The notes beneath the pieces were generated by a model. It saw only the letters and a list, made by a program, of their open reading frames with translations, was not told the origin of the DNA and did no database searches. DNA of 64,000 bases, taken from Callorhinchus milii. Taxonomy: Eukaryota. The stretch covers positions 26,228,001 to 26,292,000 of the forward strand of contig NW_024704743.1 in the NCBI RefSeq assembly GCF_018977255.1. The letters are read 5' to 3'. Positions 51,690 through 64,000 of the stretch are shown here, one piece after another (the stretch's first letter is position 1; every line of letters starts with the position of its first letter). The position numbers were made by a program, and so were the translations under genes.

Positions 51690-54600
51690 AGCGTGGCCCC
51701 GCTCTCTGTCACCCCCTGACCCTGGCCCCGCTCTCTGTCACCCCCTGACCCTGACCCCACTCTCTGTCACCCCCTGACCCTGACCCCACTCTCTGTCCCC
51801 CCTGACCCTGACCACACTCTGTCCCCCCTGACCCTGACCCCACTCTCTGTCCCCCCCTGACCCAGACCCCACTCTCTGTCCCCCCTGACTCAGACCCCAC
51901 TCTCTGTCCCCCGACTCAGACCCCACTCTCTGTCCCCCCGACTCAGACCCCACTCTCTGTCCCCCTGACCCAGACCCCACTCTCTGTCCCCCCTGACCCA
52001 GACCCCACTCTCTGTCCCCCCTGACTCAGACCCCACTCTCTGTCCCCCCGACTCAGACCCCACTCTCTGTCCCCCTGACCCAGACCCCACTCTCTGTCCC
52101 CCCCTGACTCAGACCCCACTCTCTGTCCCCCCGACTCAGACCCCACTCTCTGTCCCCCCCTGACTCAGACCCCACTCTCTGTCCCCCCGACTCAGACCCC
52201 ACTCTCTGTCCCCCTGACCCAGACCCCACTCTCTGTCCCCCTGACCCAGACCCCACTCTCTGTCCCCCCTGACTCAGACCCCACTCTCTGTCACCCCCTG
52301 ACCCTGACCCCGCTCTCTGTCCCCCCCGACCCAGACCCCACTCTCTGTCCCCCCCTGACCCTGACCCCACTCTCTGTTCCCCTGACCCAGACCCCACTCT
52401 CTGTCCCCCCCTGACCCTGACCCCACTCTCTGTTCCCCCTGACCCAGACCCCACTCTCTGTACCCCCTGACCCTGACCGCACTCTGTGCCCCCTGACCCT
52501 GACACCACTCTCTGTCCCCCACTGACCCAGACCCCACTCTCTGTCCCCCCCTGATTCAGACCCCACTCCCTGTCCCCCCCTGACCCTGACCCCACTCTCT
52601 GTTCCCCTGACCCAGACCCCACTCTCTGTCCCCCCCTGACCCTGACCCCACTCTCTGTCCCCCCGACCCAGACCCCACTCTGTCCCCCTGAACCTGACCC
52701 CACTCTCTGTCCACCCCTGACCCTGACCCCACTCTCTGTCCCCCTGACCCTGACCCCTCTCTGTCCCCCTGACCCAGACCCCACTCTGTCCCCCTGAACC
52801 TGACCCCGCTCTCTGTCCACCCCCTGACCCTGACCCCACTCTCTATCCTCCTGACCCAGACCCCACTCTCTGTCCCCCTGACCCAGACCCACTCTCTGTC
52901 CCCTGACCCAGACCCCCCTCTGTCCCCCACCGACCCCACTCTCTGTCCCCCCTGAACCTGACCCCACTCTCTGTCCACCCCTGACCCTGACCCCACTCTC
53001 TGTCCCCCTGACCCAGACCCATCTCTTTCCCCCTGACCCAGACCCCACTTCCTGTCCCCTGACCCAGACCCCGTTCTGTCCCCCACCCTGACCCCACTCT
53101 CTGTCCCCCCCTGACCCAGATCCCGCTCTGTCCCCCCCTGACCCAGACCCCACTCTCTGTCCCCCTGACCCAGACCTATCTCTGTCCCCCTGACCCAGAC
53201 CCCACTCCCTGTCCCCTGACCCAGACCCCGCTCTGTCCCCCTGACCCTGACCCCACTCTCTGTCCACCCCCAACCCAGACCCCACTCCCTGTCCCCCTGA
53301 CCCCACTCCCTGTCCCCCTGTCCCCACTCCCTGTCCCCAAGACCCCTCTCTCTGTCCCCTGTCCCCACTCCCTGTCCCCCTGACCTCACTCCCTGTCCCC
53401 CTGTCCCCACTCCCTGTCCCCCAGACCCCTCTCTCTGTCCCCCTGTCCCCACTCCCTGTCCCCCTGACCTCACTCCCTGTCCCCCTGACCCCACTCCCTG
53501 TCCCCACCCTGACCCCACTCCCTGTCCCCCACCCAGACCCCTCTCCCTGTCCCCCAGACCCACTCCCTGTCCCCCAGACCCCACTCTCTGTCCCCCTGAC
53601 CCCACTCCCTGTCCCCCTGTCCCCACTCCCTGTCCCCCTGTCCCCACTCCCTGTCCCCCTGTCCCCCTGACCCCACTCCCTGTCCCCCAGACCCCACTCC
53701 CTGTCCCCCAGACCCCACTCCCTGTCCCCCGACCCCTCTCCCTGTCCCCCTGTCCCCACTCCCTGTCCCCCTGACCCCACTCCCTGTCCCCCTGTCCCCA
53801 CTCCCTGTCCCCCTGACCCCACTCCCTGTCCCCCCAACCCCTCTCCCTGTCCCCCTGTCCCCACTCCCTGTCCCCCAGACCCCACTCCCTGTCCCCCTGA
53901 CCCCACTCCCTGTCCCCCTGACCCTCTCCCCCGACCCTTCTCCCTGTCCCCTGACCCCACTCCCTGTCCCCTCTCCCTGTCCCCCTGTCCCCCTGTCCCC
54001 ACTCCCTGACCCCACTCCCTGTCCCCACTCCCTGTCCCCCTGTCCCCACTCCCTGTCCCCCTGACCCCACTCCCTGACCCCACTCCCTGTCCCCCTGTCC
54101 CCACTCCCTGTCCCCCTGTCCCCACTCCCTGTCCCACTCCCTGTCCCCTGTCCCCACTCCCTGACCCACTCCCTGTCCCCACTCCCTGTCCCCTGACCCC
54201 ACTCCCTGTCCCCACTCCCTGTCCCCCGACCCCACTCCCTGACCCCACTCCCTGTCCCCCTGACCCCACTCCCTGACCCCACTCCCTGTCCCCCTGACCC
54301 CACTCCCTGACCCCACTCCCTGTCCCCCTGACCCCACTCCCTGACCCCACTCCCTGTCCCCCTGACCCCACTCCCTGTCCCCTGACCCCACTCCCTTCCC
54401 CTGACCCCACTCCCTGTCCCCCTGACCCACTCCCTGTCCCCCTGACCCCACTCCCTGTCCCCCTGACCCCACTCCCTGTCCCCCTGACCCCACTCCTGTC
54501 CCCTGTCCCCACTCCCTGTCCCCCTGACCCCACTCCCTGTCCCCCAGACCCACTCCCTGTCCCCCTGTCCCCACTCCCTGTCCCCCTGTCCCACTCCCTG

Positions 54601-55325
54601 TCCCCCAGACCCCTCTCCCTGTCCCCCTGTCCCCACTCCCTGTCCCCACTCCCTGTCCCCCTGTCCCCACTCCCTGTCCCCCTGTCCCCACTCCCTGTCC
54701 CCACTCCCTGTCCCCCTGACCCCACTCCCTGTCCCCACTCCCTGTCCCCTCTCCCTGTCCCCCTGTCCCCTTTCCCCCTGTCCCCTCTCCCTGTCCCCCT
54801 GTCCCCTCTCCCCTGTCCCTCTCCCTGTCCCCCTGTCCCCTGTCCCCCTGTCCCTCTCCCTGTCCCCCTGTCCCCTCTCTCCCTGTCCCTCTCCCTGTCC
54901 CCTGTCCCCTCTCCCCTGTCCCCTCTCCCTGTCCCCTGTCCCTGTCCCCTGTCCCCTCTCCCTGTCCCCTGTCCCCTCTCCCCCTGTCCCCTCTCCCTGT
55001 CCCCCTGTCCCCTCTCCCCCTGTCCCCTCTCCCTGTCCCCCTGTCCCCTCTCCCCTGTCCCCACTCCCTGTCCCCCTGTCCCCTCTCCCCCTGTCCCTCT
55101 CCCTGTCCCCCTGTCCCTCTCCCTGTCCCTGTCCCTCTCCCTGTCCCCCCTGTCCCCTCTCCCCCTGTCCCCACTCCCTGTCCCCTGTCCCCTCTCCCCC
55201 AGACCCCTCTCCCTGTCCCCCTGTCCCTCTCCCTGTCCCCCTGTCCCTCTCCCTGTCCCCTCTCCCTGACCCCCTGTCCCTCTCCCTGTCCCCCTGTCCC
55301 TGTCCCGCTCTCCCTGACCCCCTGA
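51690..55325. repeat. C-rich (+) / G-rich (CEP72 sense) minisatellite array; units such as CTGACCCAGACCCCACTCTCTGTCCCC grading to CTGTCCCCTCTCC
   Basis: Directly visible tandem array of ~3.6 kb starting about 40 bp into intron 1. Confidence 0.97.
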
Positions 55326-55361
55326 CCCCCGGCCCAGGCCCGGATCCCCGGCCTCGCTTAC

Positions 55362-55425
55362 CCAGGTTGTGCTGCTCCAGACCCACTCTCTGGCGGACCC
55401 ACTGCTCACTCACCGTCAGCGCCAT
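55362..55425 (-). CDS. CEP72: CEP72 coding exon 1 (MALTVSEQWVRQRVGLEQHNL+G, ends phase 1)
   Basis: ATG at 55425-55423; donor TGG|gtaagc; peptide resembles the CEP72 N-terminus (human LVLSEEAVRAKSGL..L, from recall); joins exon 2 in frame. Confidence 0.88.
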
Positions 55426-55489
55426 CAGCTCAGCGCAGCCGCACTGCAGCCCCGAGCAACGTCACAGCGGCCCCTCCCCCTCCTCCACT

Positions 55490-56776
55490 GTAATCACACA
55501 CAGTCACTACACCACACACAGTCACTACACACACACACAGTCACTACACACACACACACACAGTCACTACACACACACACAGTCACTACACACACACACA
55601 CACAGTCACTACACACACACACAGTCACTACACACACACACACAGTCACTACACACACACACACACAGTCACTACACACACACACAGTCACTACACACAC
55701 ACACACACAGTCACTACACACACACACACAGTCACTACACACACACAGTCACTACACACACACAGTCACTACACACACACACAGTCACACACACACACAC
55801 AGTCACTACACACACACACAGTCACTACACACACACACACAGTCACTACACACACACACACAGTCACTACACACACACACACAGTCACTACACACACACA
55901 CAGTCACTACACACACACAGTCACTACACCCACACACAGTCACTACACCCACACACAGTCACTACACCCACACACACACAGTCACTACACACACACACAG
56001 TCACTACACACACACACAGTCACTACACACACACACAGTCACTACACACACACACAGTCACTACACACACACAGTCACTACACACACACACAGTCACTAC
56101 ACACACACAGTCACTACACACACACAGTCACTACACACACAGACAAACACACCAACATACACCAACACACACACACAAACTAATCACACACACACCACAG
56201 TCACTACACACTGTCACACACACACACCAACACACACAGTCACTTCACACAGTCACATACACACACAAACACACACAGTCACACACACACTGTCACATAC
56301 ACACACACCAACACACACAGTCACTTCACAAACTGTCATATACACACACCAACACACACAGTCACTTCACAAACTGTCATATACACACACCAACACACAC
56401 ACACCACAGCTGTAATCACACAAACATCACCACACAGACAGTCACACACACTACACCAACACACACACACCACAGCTACAGTCTCACACACACACAGTCA
56501 CACACACACCACAACTGTAATCACACAAACACCACAGTCACTACACACACCAACGCATACACACAACTGTAATCACACAAACACCACCATAGCTACAGTC
56601 ACACACACTACACACCAACACCACAACTGTAATCACACATACACATCACCATATACACCAACACACACACCACCATACGGACAGTCACACACCAACACAC
56701 ACACAGTCACACACACACACCAACACACACACAGTCACACACACACACCAACACACACAGACACACACACACCACC

Positions 56777-56848
<72 letters not shown>

Positions 56849-57750
56849 AACACACACACAGTCACACACACACACCAACACACACATAGTCACACACACA
56901 CCAACACACACAGACACACACAGTCACACACACAGACACACACACAAACACACACACCAACACACACAGACACACACACAAACACACACACCAACACACA
57001 CAGACACACACACACACCAACACACACAGACACACACACACACACACCAACACACACAGACACACACAGTCACACACACAGACACACACACAAACACACA
57101 CACCAACACACACAGACACACACACAAACACACACACCAACACACACAGACACACCAACACACACAGACACACACACACACACACCAACACACACAGACA
57201 CACACACACACCAACACACACACAGTCACACACACACACCAACACACACATAGTCACACACACACCAACACACACAGACACACACACACACACACACCAA
57301 CACACACCAACACACACAGACACACACACACACATCAACACACACCACAACTGTAATCACACACACATCACAGCTACAGTCTCACACACACACACACACA
57401 TTACCGTACAGACAGTCACACACACACAGTCACTACACACACGCACACCACAACTGTAATCACACACACACCACAGCTACAGTCACACACACACACCAAC
57501 ACACATACCACAATTGTAATCACACACATATCGCAGCTACAGTCACACACACACACACAGTCACACACACCACAACTGTAATCACATACACACACATCAC
57601 CATACAGACAGTTACACTACACACACACCACAACTGTAATCACACACACACCACGTCACCATACAGTCACACACAGTCACACACACCCACAACTGTAATC
57701 ACACACACACACACACACACACACCCACAGTCACACACACACACACTACA
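55490..57750. repeat. CA-rich minisatellite/microsatellite [CAGTCACTA(CA)n, (CA)n, CACCAACACACA variants]
   Basis: Directly visible; begins about 65 bp upstream of the CEP72 ATG. Confidence 0.97.
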
Positions 57751-57754
57751 CCCA

Positions 57755-58345
57755 GACCGGAGCCGGCTGAGCGGAGGGAACGGGCGGGTTGGTAGGGGGT
57801 TAGGAGGTCCCAGAGGTAGGATGGGGCGAGTCCATGGAGGGCTTTATAGGTGAGGACCAGGATCTTGAACTGGATCCTCTGAAGGATAAGGAGCCAATGG
57901 AGTCGGGCGAGAGTGGGGGAGATGGGGTCACGGAGTTTGGTGCGGGAGAGGACACGGGCTGCAGAGTTCTGGATTATCTGCAGCCTGTGGAGGGAGGAGT
58001 TGGGAAGGTGACAAGCAGGGAGTTTGCATAGTCGAGGCTGGAGGTGATGAAGGCACGAACAAGAGTTTCAGTGGCCTGAGGGGTGAAGTAGTGGCGGAGT
58101 CGGGCAACGTTACGGCGGTGAGGGAAGGCAGAGCGAGTCATGGCTTGGATGTGGGGAAGAAAGACAGTTGAGGGTTGAACAAGACACCCAGGTTCCTGAC
58201 TGGCGGTGAGTTGTAGTGTGCAACCATGGAGGTTGATGCTGCCAGAGCCTGAGGTGCAGAGGCGCTGGCACGAGCCAATCAGGAGGGTCTTGTTCACATT
58301 CAACTGTAGGAAGTTTGCCCTCATCCAGGACTTGATGTCCGACAG
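57755..58345 (-). mobile_element. L2 ORF2 fragment
   Basis: DIKSWMRANFLQLNVNKT..RNVARLRHY..FITSSLDYANSLL. Confidence 0.88.
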
Positions 58346-58350
58346 TAACC

Positions 58351-58576
58351 AGTAATCGGATCAAACTGACACAGCTCAGTAAATGAGCAACGATTACAGC
58401 AGCTTTAGAAACCGAGTTACGCGAAACTTTTAACACTGGCCCATCAAACAGCCACGGCGCTGGTGAAATGTGATTTAACCTTACCAGACCATAAACCTTT
58501 TATTAAGCAATTAACAATGTAAGATGTTTAGAAAGTCATTACTAAATTCTTGTTGTCCATAAATGGTTTTGTTATT
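58351..58576. repeat. ~225-bp non-coding element, copy 2
   Basis: Same orientation as 5970-6194; 19 substitutions in the first 123 nt. Confidence 0.92.
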
Positions 58577-58577
58577 A

Positions 58578-60310
58578 TCACACACACACACACCACAGCT
58601 ATAATCACACATACACATTAGACCCATAGTCACACACTCACATTACACCCATAGTCACATAACAGCTATAATCACACACAAACAAAAATTACACCTGTAG
58701 TCACACACGCACACATAAACATTACACCCATAGTCACACACACACACACACATGCACACACACACACACACACACACACCAGCTATAATCACAAACACAT
58801 ATTTTACAGCTATAATCACAGACACACACATTACAGCTATAATCAAACACACACATTACAGCTATAATCACACACACACAACAGCTATAACCACACAGAC
58901 ACACATTCCACCCACAGTCATACACACACATTACACCCATAGTCACACACACACACATTACACTCATAATCACAAACACACATTACAGCTATAATCACAC
59001 ATACACACCACAGCTATAATCACACACACACACATTACACCCATAGTTACATACACACACCCACCACAGCTATAATCACACACACAAATTACACCCGTAA
59101 TAATAATAATATTAATAATTATTATTAAATTACACCCGTAGTCACACACACACATTACACCCATAGTCACACACACAAACACACCACAGCTATGATCACA
59201 TACACACACATTACAGCTATAATCAAACACACACACATTACAGCTATAATCACACACACATTACAGCTATAACCACACATACATTGCAGCTATGATCTCA
59301 CACACACACTACAGCTATAATCACACACACATTACAGCTATAATCACACACACACATTACAGTTATAATCACACACACACATTACAGCTGTAACCACACA
59401 TTACAGATATAATCACACACACATTACAACTATAATTATGCACACACACCACAGCTATAATCACACACACATTATAGCTTTAATCACACACACACATTAC
59501 AGCTACAATCACACATTACAGCTATAATCATTTACACATTACAGCTATAATCACACACATACATTACAGCTATAATCACACACAACAGCTAAAATCACTA
59601 ATATATATTACAGCTTTAATCATACACACACCACAGGTATAATCACGCACACACATTACACCCATAATCACATACACACACATTACACCCATAGTCATAC
59701 ACACACACACACACACCACAGCTATAATTACACACACGCAAATTACACCTGTAGTCACACACACACATTACACACAGTCACACACACAAACACACCACAG
59801 CTATAATCACATACATAAACATAACAGCTATAATCACATACACACACATTACAACTATAATCACACACATTACAGCTATAATCACACACACATTACAACT
59901 ATAATTATACACACACAGCACAGCTATAATCACACACACATTACAAATATAATTATACACACACACTACAGCTACAATCACACACACACACATTACAGCT
60001 ATAATCACACACACGTTACAGCTATAATCAGACACACACCACAGCTATAATCAAACACACACATGCATTGCAGCTATAATCACACACACATGACAGCTAT
60101 AATCACACACACACATTACAGCTTTAATCACACACACGCACACACACATTACAGCTATCACCACACACATATTACAGCTATAATCACACATACACATCAC
60201 AGCTATAATCACACACACAATTCACAGACACCCACGCACATATAATCACAGACACATACACACATTACAGCTGTAATCACAGACAAACACACATTACAGT
60301 TGTGATCACA
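58578..60310. repeat. CA-rich minisatellite, unit ~CAGCTATAATCACACACACATTA
   Basis: Directly visible tandem repeats of ~21-27 bp. Confidence 0.95.
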
Positions 60311-61502
60311 GAAAGCACAACGTTACACTGATAAATTTGATTAAATGTAAAAAAACTAAATTGATTTCATTTTTGTTGTCCCCTTGAGCTAAATAAGATT
60401 TTCATCACTTTTATAATCTGCTGTCATCCATCTGTCCACGGTCCCATCTTTTGGTTCTGGTGGATATTTAAGATCCCATGGTCATATTTGAAAAGAGAAG
60501 AGAGTTTCTTCCCAGTGTCCTGGCCAACAATCCCACAGATAAAATTGTCATGCACTTCATGGCTGTTTGTGGGACATTGAATTTGGGCATTTGTCTTGAC
60601 ACATTCACCTGCAAAATATACAGTAACACTACAGTATATCAGTTGAAATGTTTGGGGACATCCTCCTGACATGAAAGGCATCATGCCTAATGTAAGGATT
60701 ATTATTATCAATGCATTTGATATAGCGCCTTTTCACATTGTCAAGGTGTCTGAAAGTACTTCACGGGAATTACTCTGAAATGCATTGACTGTTTATTTTT
60801 TAGGTAAACGTAGCAACCAATATGCACACAACAATGTCCCACAAACAGCCATTTAGTGGATAATCACGTGTTTCTGTTGGCCACTTTTGAATTGCAAGAA
60901 CCTGCCAGCTTTGGCGATTCCACTATTAACCCCTTTTATACACCACTTTACATTAGAAACAATCAAAAGAATTGCCATCTGAATGTGGATGGTTTAGTCT
61001 GCCTCATTTGCAAACCCAATCAAACTTCTGTTCTCCCCATCCAGGACTTCAAACAATGTGTGACCAGAGTTGCTCTGTCTGATCTAGGGCAAGGGTTTGG
61101 ATTGATCATTTTTTTAAAAAAATACAGTTTAATTTGTTGTGCTTATATTTTGTTTAAGAAGTGGGAAATTGTTTTCAATAATGTGATTCTGCCGTGGAAT
61201 TTCCAATTTCTATCTTTATTCTCCCTTCAATTTACTGACCAGGCTACATAATTGTTTTCAATTTGGATAAAGCCCCATCGAAATACAGTAATGCCCTTTT
61301 CACCATAACAACCATTTGGAAGTTGGTACACAATGCAATTGAGAAATAAAAACTGCTCTGTATTTAGCAGGGTGTGTGGCGGTGTGTACTCAGCATAACC
61401 CAGGCTGGCAAAATAAAATGAAGATGGTTTCATTTAATAGCGATTTGTCCATTTGTTTTTATGGAAGGACTAAGCAACAGGATACAATATGTATTGTATT
61501 GT

Positions 61503-61680
61503 ACAATAACATATCAATAGTGTGCAATATTGTAGCAATAGTGTGCAATAGCATATCAATAGTGTGCAATACTATATCAACATTGTACAATACTACATCA
61601 ATAGTGTGCAATACTATATCAACATTGTACAATACTATGTTAATAGTGTGCAATACTATATCAACATTGTACAGTACAAT
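61503..61680. repeat. 21-bp minisatellite with alternating variants (CAATAGTGTGCAATACTATAT / CAACATTGTACAATACTACAT)
   Basis: Directly visible ~8 units with a 42-bp higher-order period in the 3' part. Confidence 0.9.
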
Positions 61681-62319
61681 ATCGCAATGCAACAAGATGC
61701 AATCGCCAATCTATGTTGTGCGAAGAATCCACAGGGTAATGTGCTACTCACTCACTTACTTACTTACTCACTCACGGTGTTTGCAGCTCTGGTCAGTGAA
61801 GTCGCCTGGAGTTTGCTCCACAGTCACTGACTGCCCTGAGCTCTCTCTCTGCGCTGAAACAGTCGCTGGTTTTCCACCAGGCGGTTGGGCTGAGGCGCTG
61901 GAAAAGCCCTTAAGAAGCGGGAACTGTTACAGCACTGTCAGTCATTTGCTGGTACGAAGGAGGGAGAACAATAACAAAAATAAATAAAGAAGCATTAGTA
62001 TTTACTGGACTATGATCTGATCAGGGATTGAACGCGTTAGCAAACTTTGGACTGGGACAGAGGAATGCAGGTCAAGCCCAGCTGCAGACACTGCTCTGAA
62101 CCCACTGGTCAATGGGGCTGTTAAAATGCACTGTTTTTATTACACTGCCAATCTGGTTTCCAAAAGCCATCCAGCAGTGTTTCGCAAACTCCCGCCCCCT
62201 CCCCACCACCCCATCTTACATGACTTCAGTGGCAATGGGCAATGTGGTAAACTTCTGTAAGAAAGTCATCTCAAAGCACCTGGCAGTAATTTGTCAAAAT
62301 GTGGTGACTTTTTTTTCTC

Positions 62320-63200
62320 TCTGCGGTGACATCACCAACCTCTCCTTGTCCACCGGTTCAGTCCGCACCTCCCTGAAAACATCCTGAAAAAACCTTCCCT
62401 GGAACCATCCCTCCTCTCCAGCTACCATCCCATCTCTAACCTCCCATTCCTCTCCAAGGTCCTGGAATGAGTTGTTGCGTCCCAGCTCCGCTCCTTTCTC
62501 CCTCGCCATTCCCTCTTTGAACCCCTCCAATCCGGCTTCCGCGCTGCCCACAGCACGGAAACAGCCCTGGTCAAAGTCATTAATGATATTCTGAACATCT
62601 GTGATCAGGGCTCCCTCTGCCTCCTTGTCCTCCTCAACCTCTCTGCCGTCTTGAAACCTGTCGACCACTCCATCCTCATACACCGCCTTTCCTCCTTACT
62701 TAATCTTCGCGGACCTGCCCTTGCCTGGTTCGATTCCTATCTCTCTCACCATCTCCACTTTGTTGCCTCTAATGGTTTCTCCTCCACACTGTCACGTCTG
62801 GCGCCCCCCAGGGCTCTGTCCTTGGCCCTCTCCTCTTTAATATCTTCATGCTCCCCCTTTGGTGACATCATCCGCAGACATGGGGTCAACTTCCACATGT
62901 AGGCGGATGACACCCAACTCTATCTTTCTGCCCCCACCCTCAACTCCAGGACCACTGCTGTCCTGACAGATTACCTGTCGGACATCAAGTCCTGGATGAG
63001 GGCAAACTTCCTACAGTTCATTGTGAACAAGACTGAGGCCCTCCCGATTGGCTCACGTCAGTGCCTCAGCACCTCAGGCTCTGCAACATCAACCTCCATG
63101 GTTTCACATTACAACTCACCAAGCCAGTCACGAAACTAGGTGTCTTGTTCAACCCTCAACTGTCTCTTCTTTCCCTCATCCAAGCCATGAACCGCTCTGG
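62320..63200 (+). mobile_element. L2 ORF2 RT fragment (degraded)
   Basis: PISNLPFLSKVLE, QSGFRAAHSTETALVKVINDI; YADD mutated to stop (TAG GCG GAT GAC). Confidence 0.92.
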
Positions 63201-63216
63201 ATGACACATCCGCTCT

Positions 63217-64000
63217 GCAGATGACACCCAACTCTACCTTTCCTCTTCTACCTTCAACTCCACGACCACCGATGTCCTGACAGCCTGCCTGTCTGACTTT
63301 GAGTCCTGGACGAGAGACAACTTTCTTCAGCTCAACGTGCGCAAAACCGAGGCCCTCCTGATTGGCTCACGTCAGCGCCTTCGCACCTCAGGCGCCGACA
63401 CCATCAGCATCCAAGGCTGCACTCTCCACCTCTCAAAGCCGGTCAGGAACCTCGGCGTTTTGTTCGACCCTGAGCTGTCCTTTCTTCCTCATATCCGCGC
63501 CACAACTGGCACCGCCTTCCATCACCTCCGGAACATCGCCAGACTACGGCATTACCTCACCCCTCACGCTGCTGAAACCCTGGTCCACGCCTTTATCACC
63601 TCAAGGCTGGACTATGGGAACTCTCTCCTCGCCGGCCTTCCCGCCACCTCCCTCCACAAGCTGCAGGTCATTCAGAACTCTGCAGCTCGTGTACTGTCCC
63701 GCACCAGGCTTCGGGACCACATTACTCCCACCCTCGCTCGCCCCCACTGGCTCCCCATCCCCCAGAGGATCGAATTCAAGATCCTCACCTACAAGGCCAT
63801 TCACGGCCTCGCTCCCTCCTACCTCTCCGACCTACTATCCCCCTACTTATCTGCCCATGCCCTCCGTTCCTCTGGCTCCGGTCTGCTCCACATCCCCCGC
63901 CCCAACCGCCCTACCATCGGTGGTCGGGCCTTCAGCCTCTCAGCCCCGAGGCTCTGGAACTCCATCCCCCAGTGCCTTCGCCGCCTCCTCCCTTTCCTCC
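63217..64000 (+). mobile_element. Younger L2 ORF2 fragment, frame open to window end
   Basis: ADDTQLY..NFLQLN..KTE..VRNLGVLFD..SRLDYGNSLL..HWLPIPQRIEFKI..GRAFS..PRLWNSIP with no stop in my manual translation. Confidence 0.93.

Noticed and set aside
52053..55409. 1118-aa and 872-aa Gly-rich ORFs as genuine genes
   Set aside because: They are translations of the G-rich minisatellite, which lacks stop codons by composition; all three frames are open.
22758..55425. Assignment to paralog LRRC36
   Set aside because: PGNYQEKITNLGNSL and DADDEAVLNLI..C.WDL match CEP72 specifically.
55367..57350. His/Thr-rich and Cys/Val-rich ORFs
   Set aside because: Translations of (CA)n/(TG)n repeats.
61503..61680. 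CRISPR-like array or repeat protein (ORF 61376-61987)
   Set aside because: Contiguous 21-bp tandem units without unique spacers, in a vertebrate context; a simple minisatellite.

Overview
Eukaryotic, repeat-rich vertebrate genomic DNA. The repeat landscape (tRNA-headed Deu-domain SINEs sharing a 3' tail with L2-clade LINEs, CR1 and Penelope-type ends) points to a cartilaginous fish, probably a chimaera/elephant-shark relative; this is an inference. The one well-supported protein gene is CEP72 (centrosomal protein 72, N-terminal LRR) on the minus strand. Coding exons 1-5 (55362-55425, 41286-41413, 35520-35712, 31017-31125, 22758-22936) have GT-AG boundaries and splice into one open frame. Further exons are only tentatively placed, and the 3' coiled-coil exons probably lie left of the window. 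Most of the rest is intron filled with SINEs and L2/CR1 fragments. Exon 1 sits on a ~170-bp island between a 3.6-kb G-rich (sense-strand) minisatellite and a 2.3-kb CA-rich minisatellite. Other notable items: a near-perfect 45-bp-stem intronic hairpin, a ~225-bp non-coding element present twice 52 kb apart, an unclassified repeat with three clustered copies, nested tail-only retroposon insertions, and a degenerate hammerhead-ribozyme core in a Penelope-like end. Nearly all ORFs in the supplied track are spurious (repeat- or low-complexity-derived). I found no clear evidence of a novel multi-gene system.
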